NCBI GenBank assembly: GCA_044892525.1
Contig: CM097885.1
Span: 11,100,001-11,164,000, forward strand
Source: Schmidtea polychroa
Taxonomy: Eukaryota
Direction of reading: 5' to 3'
Length of the DNA stretch: 64,000 bases
Below, in pieces: positions 58,312 to 64,000 of the stretch (positions are counted from its first letter, which is position 1; every line of letters begins with the position of its first letter). A program made the translations under genes and the position numbers. Under the pieces are notes generated by a model, which saw only the letters and a program-made list of their open reading frames with translations, did no database searches and was not told where the DNA came from.

Positions 58312-58490
58312 AATGATTTACTAATGAAAAGCTTTTTTAATTTAAAAATTTAAGAATTTCAATTTAAAAATGTTTTTAAAAATTATTTTAAATAATCAAT
58401 TATTTATCATTTAATTATCATTATTTATCATTATTTTAATAAATTATTGAAATATTTAATTCTCAGCTGAAAATACCTCACAATTATTAG

Positions 58491-59150
58491 TAGGGCAAGT
58501 AATATGCAAAAAAATACAAAATAATGCAAAATTCATATTATAAATGCAAATATTATTTGCATTTATAAAGTTTCAGTAAAACGTTATTTGTTTGAATTTT
58601 AACGATATTCAATTCTTTTTAAGTTTTTTGCCCATGATCGAAAACAAAAAAACGGTCCTCGACAATATTAAACGATTTGTGCGCGAATTCGAAGGTGCGT
58701 TTTCTTGTCATCCGACACAAAAATTGTTTTGCAACTTGTGCAGCATATTTGTAGATCACAGTCGTAAAACTTCTGTCGATAGCCTCCGTAAGTCAAAGAT
58801 GCATACACAACTTGCTTCTATACAAAATCAAATAGGGACTCAGACATTTTTACAGCTTTGAGAATAAACAATTTTTAAATTTGGTCGTGAAAACATTTTT
58901 ATCTGCTGACATACCGCTTTTAAAACTTAACAATCCAGAATTCAAAGAATGTTTTGCGTACAATGGGCAGAAATTAATTTCGGAAAGAACAGCACAAAAG
59001 CATGTGTTGACAAACATGAAACTAGAAATGCACAACTCTATATGTGAATTGATTTGCGATCAAAAGTTGTACGTTTATTTTGATGAAACTGAAATCAACT
59101 GCACAAAGTATTTCAATGTTCTTGCAAGTACCATAGGAACACCTTATTAT
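58491..59150 (+). mobile_element. Truncated DNA transposase 5' end (CGGBP/hAT-like zinc finger)
   Basis: LFCNLCSIFVDHSRKTSVD...KSKMH, FLSADIPLLKLNNPEF and YVYFDET. Frameshifted and truncated. Confidence 0.7.
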
Positions 59151-60585
59151 GATTGTTTAGTGCTATGTTTATTATTATTTTTATTTATCAAAGTTCTTCG
59201 TTTGTGTTATCAGAAATTTGTGAGAACCCAGCAGAGTCTCCTTTAAAACTTGTTTTGGGACTGCTGGGGTATTTGTATGTAAAGTACTTGTGGGGGAGGG
59301 GTAGTAGAATTAAAATTAATATTTAAAAGAATACTTTAAATAACAAAATTAATTTAACCGAAAAAGTTTTTATTAACTAGATAAAAAAAGACCTTTAGTC
59401 TATTTAAATCAGTTATAATGTTAATCCAACAATATCTCGATCACAATTTTATTTTCTTGCATTTCGTTAGTAAATTTTTTTTCGTTAGGTTTTTCTTTTT
59501 AATTTTTTGCATTGTGAGCAATTTTTTTCTCGCCGTCTTTATTCCTCCCTTTAGTTTTTTTAATTTTCGATTTCTCTTCGTTTCCTTGTTTTCAATTTTT
59601 GTATTGATTTGTTATTTGATTTTGTTATTTTGTAATTTCTCTATAGCAAATGATTATTATAGAGAATTACTATATAGTTTCTTTTGGTGGGGATTTGGTA
59701 AGAGTATGCCTCAAATGAAAATATTGATTATCATTCGTAGTTGCGTTCACAAAATTACATAAAAAATAACATTACACTACACACCTAAAGACATTTCTGC
59801 ATTGTTATCATGTTGAAGAATGTTGCTCAATAACCGAAAAAAACTCTAACTTAAACTTTTGTGGATCTTCTTGGGTTTAATGTATTTTATGGAGATGACA
59901 ATTCCCGAATCTGCGGATTTCACTGCAAATATTGTAAACAATAGCAGTTTCAATTACAGGCTGTAAGCGGTCGTTCATCAACTGAAACTTATTTTGTCAT
60001 ATTTGCTTGCTCTAATGGAACATGATAGTTTCATCTATCTGGCTCTTTTTAGCGTTGAAAGGGAAAAATAGAAAAATCATATTTTGATTACGTAATTGAC
60101 AAGTTTGCGACTGAAAAATAAATCTTTTTTAGAATATGTAAATCATTTACGACAGTAAATGAGTGGGCAATGTACTATAATTTTTATAACTTTACTTCTT
60201 TATATACAGTGTTTTATTAAAATTAAAATTGTTTTTCCTTAATAAACGGGGAGAAGTCAGGGCATCAATTTTATAGTTCGCCCCGATACATCATATCTAC
60301 ACCTCTGGTTTACGAAGATTATTTTGATTCATAAGTTAAAGCGAAAACATAATAAAAAGCCACTAACATGAAATATGATTTTTTTATAAATACTCTAGAT
60401 CAAAAGGATTGAAAATAATAAATTTAGTTTTATACATAAGTAATGAAAGTTTAAGTTTTTTCATTATTTAAATAATAATAATTTTTTTATTTGTAAAATA
60501 TATAGATATATGAGATATTTCGTAAATTGAATTTACATTATTGTAAGTTTGTTTTAATATTATATATTTTTGACAAAAATTTAAA

Positions 60586-61315
60586 ATGCCATATAATGAA
60601 GGTAAGATTTTTTATATTCTACTAGTTATTATTAAAATATTTACTATTTGGAATTTTCACACACGAGTTATCTTAATATATATTACAAAAAAATAATATT
60701 TTACAAAAAATCTTTATAATTTTAGTTCGTCGTAATAGATCAAGAACGAAGTCGAAATCATATTCTCCTGAGGCCAGAAATCATTCATATAACAGATCTG
60801 ATCATAAACATCATTATAAGGATAAACATGAAAAGATGGTACCGGTGAAGAAAGAATTTGTGAATATGCGTCTAACTGGATTATTAGCCGAAGAAACTAA
60901 TATGTATAAAGGAGTTAAAATAGTATACAACGAACCGTCAGAAGCTGCTATTCCAACTGTTAAATGGCGGTTGTATAGTTTTAAAGGAGATGAATCCTTG
61001 CCAACAATTCACCTCCATCGCCAGAGTGCTTATTTGATTGGAAAACACAGGGGTATTTGCGAAATCCCAATGGATCATCCAAGCATCAGTAAACAACATG
61101 CTGTTATTCAGTTCAGACAAATAGACGCTGGCGTCAAACCGTATTTAATTGACTTGAAGTCGACTAACGGCTCGTTTATAAGCGGAATAAAAATTGAGGC
61201 TCAGAAATATTATGAACTAAGGGAACAAGATGTTTTGAAATTCGGATTTTCAACTCGAGAGTACGTTTTACTAACAGACAAATCACTCGCCTCTGATGAC
61301 GAAGAGGATTCTTGA
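60586..61315 (+). CDS. SNIP1: Smad nuclear-interacting protein 1 / Pml1 (RES complex FHA protein), 2 exons, 201 aa
   Basis: Exon 1 is 60586-60601 (MPYNE), followed by a GTAAG...TTTAG intron and exon 2 at 60726-61315 with an RS-rich start. Motifs: YNEPSEA..P...WRLY.FK, HRQSAYLIG, DHPSISKQHAVIQFR, PYLIDL.STNG and DVLKFGFSTREYVLL. Confidence 0.93.
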
Positions 61316-61465
61316 AATATTTTTCATTTTTGTAAATAGATTTTGTTATTTTTTCTTTGAATTTTTATATTTAATATAAATTTATAAAAATCAATTATCA
61401 AGTCGCGATTCAAAAAATATTTATTTAGATAATATTCATATAAAACAATTGCTATTTATTTATCA

Positions 61466-62100
61466 CTAGCTTGGGTACCCTGCGTTGCCCGGGGCAATAT
61501 AAATTTTGTTGTAAAATTGTTTCAGTAAAACGCACAATTTTTCCCAAAAGTATTTATAAATATTTTCAAAATTTATCATATGTTATTAACATTTCAAAAA
61601 TACTTTAATATTAATTTTAAAATGATCTTGTCAACCTGACATTTTAAGAAAGTGCTTCTTGATAAATTATGTCTATTGATGTGGTGCAAAGATGAAGAGG
61701 TTTCTCGTTGAACCAATTGTGGAGTAAAACACTGCTCCTACAGGTTAATTCCTGCCACTTTTAGTGAATGCCACTGGGCTTTGTTGATGGATATGGCAAA
61801 AGCAAGGCGTTTTATCAGGTTGTAACCTAACTTGTTCGGGTGTGGGGCTGTTAAAAAAGCATGAACATTTTTTTATTCAAACCCACCCCAAGAAACACTT
61901 TTTGTCCCTGATAATTATCTGAATTATTACTGGTACTTTTCTTAGTAACCAGTAAAAAAGGATCAGTAAATAAGCAGTAACTTATAATCTCGTCCTGGAC
62001 AAAAGAGGAACCTGTTCAAAAATTGGTTGAGATATCTTCAGAAATTTGGATTTGTATAGCGGACATACAGACAGACACACATTCAAGATTATATATTAGA
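61466..62100 (-). mobile_element. Non-autonomous Helitron with PIF1-helicase remnant
   Basis: The minus strand runs A|TC...CTAG|T with a subterminal GC hairpin (CCCGGGCAACGCAGGG). Internal RLAFAISINKAQ.HSLKVAGINL lies at ~61740-61810. Confidence 0.85.
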
Positions 62101-62663
62101 TTAAATTAAAAGTAAATATTTTTATTCCGTAAATGTATTTCTTATTTGTCTAGTGGTTATAACAACATGCTAACAATGGGGATAATTTTACATATAGCAG
62201 ATTGAATTTGGCGTCGATCTGGGAATAAACGAATGTCAGTCAGGATAAATTTAAAACGACAATTAAAATGGAAATGTATATGATCTGAGTTAGAAACCGA
62301 GTTGCATAGTTGGATAATTGAATAAAAATCTAAACGGTAGTAGATACTGTTACGGAAGATTAAAAAATGTTGCAACATTAGAAATAAATTATTTTAAAAA
62401 TTCTAACCATTATGCTTATAAATTTATGCAGCAAAATAATTTTGTTAGAGAAGCAGCATCTTCAGTTGGGCAAAAAAAAGTCATTACATTTTATTATTTG
62501 TTTTACTTAAAGAACACTTGGAGTCAGATTAACAGTTGCCAATTTAAAATTTCATCGACAAATCCTAACAAACGATTTTCTTTGTCTGAACTGAATAATT
62601 GTGATTTTTCCTGGCAAAACTGACTCAACTATCTCTACGCAAGGCATACTCAGATGATGATAT

Positions 62664-63422
62664 TGTTGGGGTTAGCGGAAAAACCAAAAAAAAATTATAT
62701 ATAAATAATGGTAAAATCAATAAAAATACAAAATTAATTAAAATTTACTAAAAATCAAAAATCAATATCGGGTATCGGGTATGGTTGAACGCCAAATTGA
62801 TAGACGAGTTCAAAAAAATATAATAAAAATTTAATAAGGTGTTCACAAGGAAAGTTAATGCGAAAAAACAAATTAATTAATCGGTAATGAAAAACCCGAG
62901 CCAATGGGAAACCCGAGCGCCATAGGAAACCCGATTTGCAGTGAGACCCGAGAAGCGAGATAAAAATAGGAATATTTTGAGCCCTAATCAAGGGTAAACA
63001 AATTAGAAACCAAAAAATATTGATTTAGGATAATTTAGCGCAATTTTCTAGATAATTGACTTCTGATGAAAAGTACAAAAAGAGAGCTCGGAAGTGAACA
63101 AGCAGCCAGTTTGTCGACGAAAAGAAAACTCAAAGTTCAGACAGAGTAACAAGAAAACCGTGAAGTTAGTATCAATTGAATAACTTAAATCGAACGTACT
63201 AGAAAAGGACATCTCCCATTGGAAGAGTCATCCCTACGTGAGATTTCCCGTAGTATTGAATGGTGCAAAAAGTGGTTGTATCAAGTGTGGTGAAATCATT
63301 AAAAGTGTAACAAAAGTGTAATTGTATTAGTTTCAAATATAGATTTGTGTTGGGTGTTTAATTTATTTTCATAGGGCACGAAGGAGTCAGACAGTGATAC
63401 TGACTTGCATTAATACCCAACA
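62664..63422. mobile_element. Solo LTR (759 bp), TGTTGGG...CCCAACA, exact 4-bp TSD ATAT
   Basis: Perfect 7-bp terminal inverted repeat and TSD at 62660-62663 and 63423-63426. Confidence 0.88.
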
Positions 63423-64000
63423 ATATGCATAAATTTGTTATCAATTATATAACAAGTATATTTTATAAGTTTATAATATCATTGTCATATATATGTGAAT
63501 AATATTGTTTGTCGGAACAAAAATAACTTCCTGGCCTACATCAGTCATGTAAAGGTAACATGAGTCACCTTTGTTGTTTAGAGCTTAGATGAAAAAACTA
63601 CTCAAAAAGATATCAATATAATTTAACGACAAGATTTGATAATTGCAGTTGGCGAGATAATTACATAAAAAATTATAGAAATATGGACGAAATAGTAATC
63701 ACATGTTAAAAATAATGAAGATATTGTTTGATGTTTAAATTTGGTTTCCGTCAATATTACTTTTACAAAGATTTTAGGGGACACGAAGTTATTTTTATTT
63801 TATTTAATAAAGTGATTTTAAGTATAGGGTCGAAGAAACAGAAATGAAAGTATAGTCAAAGGGAGTAAAAGTGAATTTAAATTAGTGCCAACCAAATCGT
63901 TTTGAATCTCGCTTTAGTACTCCTGTCCTCCCCAACAGGTCCGGCCGCCTGGTCGGTGCTATCCTATAGCCGTGAATAGAAGCTGCGATCTTGATACAGA

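Noticed and set aside
59418..59762. Hydrophobic 114-aa ORF resembling a membrane protein
   Set aside because: It is T-rich low-complexity sequence, Phe-rich by composition, with no recognisable family.

Overview
This is very AT-rich eukaryotic DNA with 42-61 nt micro-introns, long (TA)n/(ATT)n microsatellites and dense transposon debris. A planarian or other flatworm-like genome is my inference, not something the sequence proves. Two host genes can be reconstructed by hand. The first is a 12-exon NDRG-family gene on the minus strand (54675->8220, 341 aa) with a GC-AG intron, a probable alternative last exon and a possible cassette exon. The second is a 2-exon SNIP1/Pml1 FHA-domain gene on the plus strand (60586-61315). 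The rest is decayed hAT transposases, a Gypsy pol fragment, solo LTRs, hAT MITEs with exact 8-bp target duplications, a non-autonomous Helitron, foldback elements and an HSP90 pseudogene fragment. The standout is 1330-2768, an LTR-retrotransposon-like insertion in a hAT transposase. Its ~1.1 kb LTR-like segment (TGT...ACA, followed by a tRNA-Arg-type PBS and a zinc-knuckle gag) contains an intact, spliced, 119-aa Bcl-2-like gene with BH1 and BH2 motifs and no TM anchor. That gene has its own CCAAT/TATA promoter and an 11-bp-periodic array of nuclear-receptor half sites. It is a candidate retroelement-borne apoptosis modulator.
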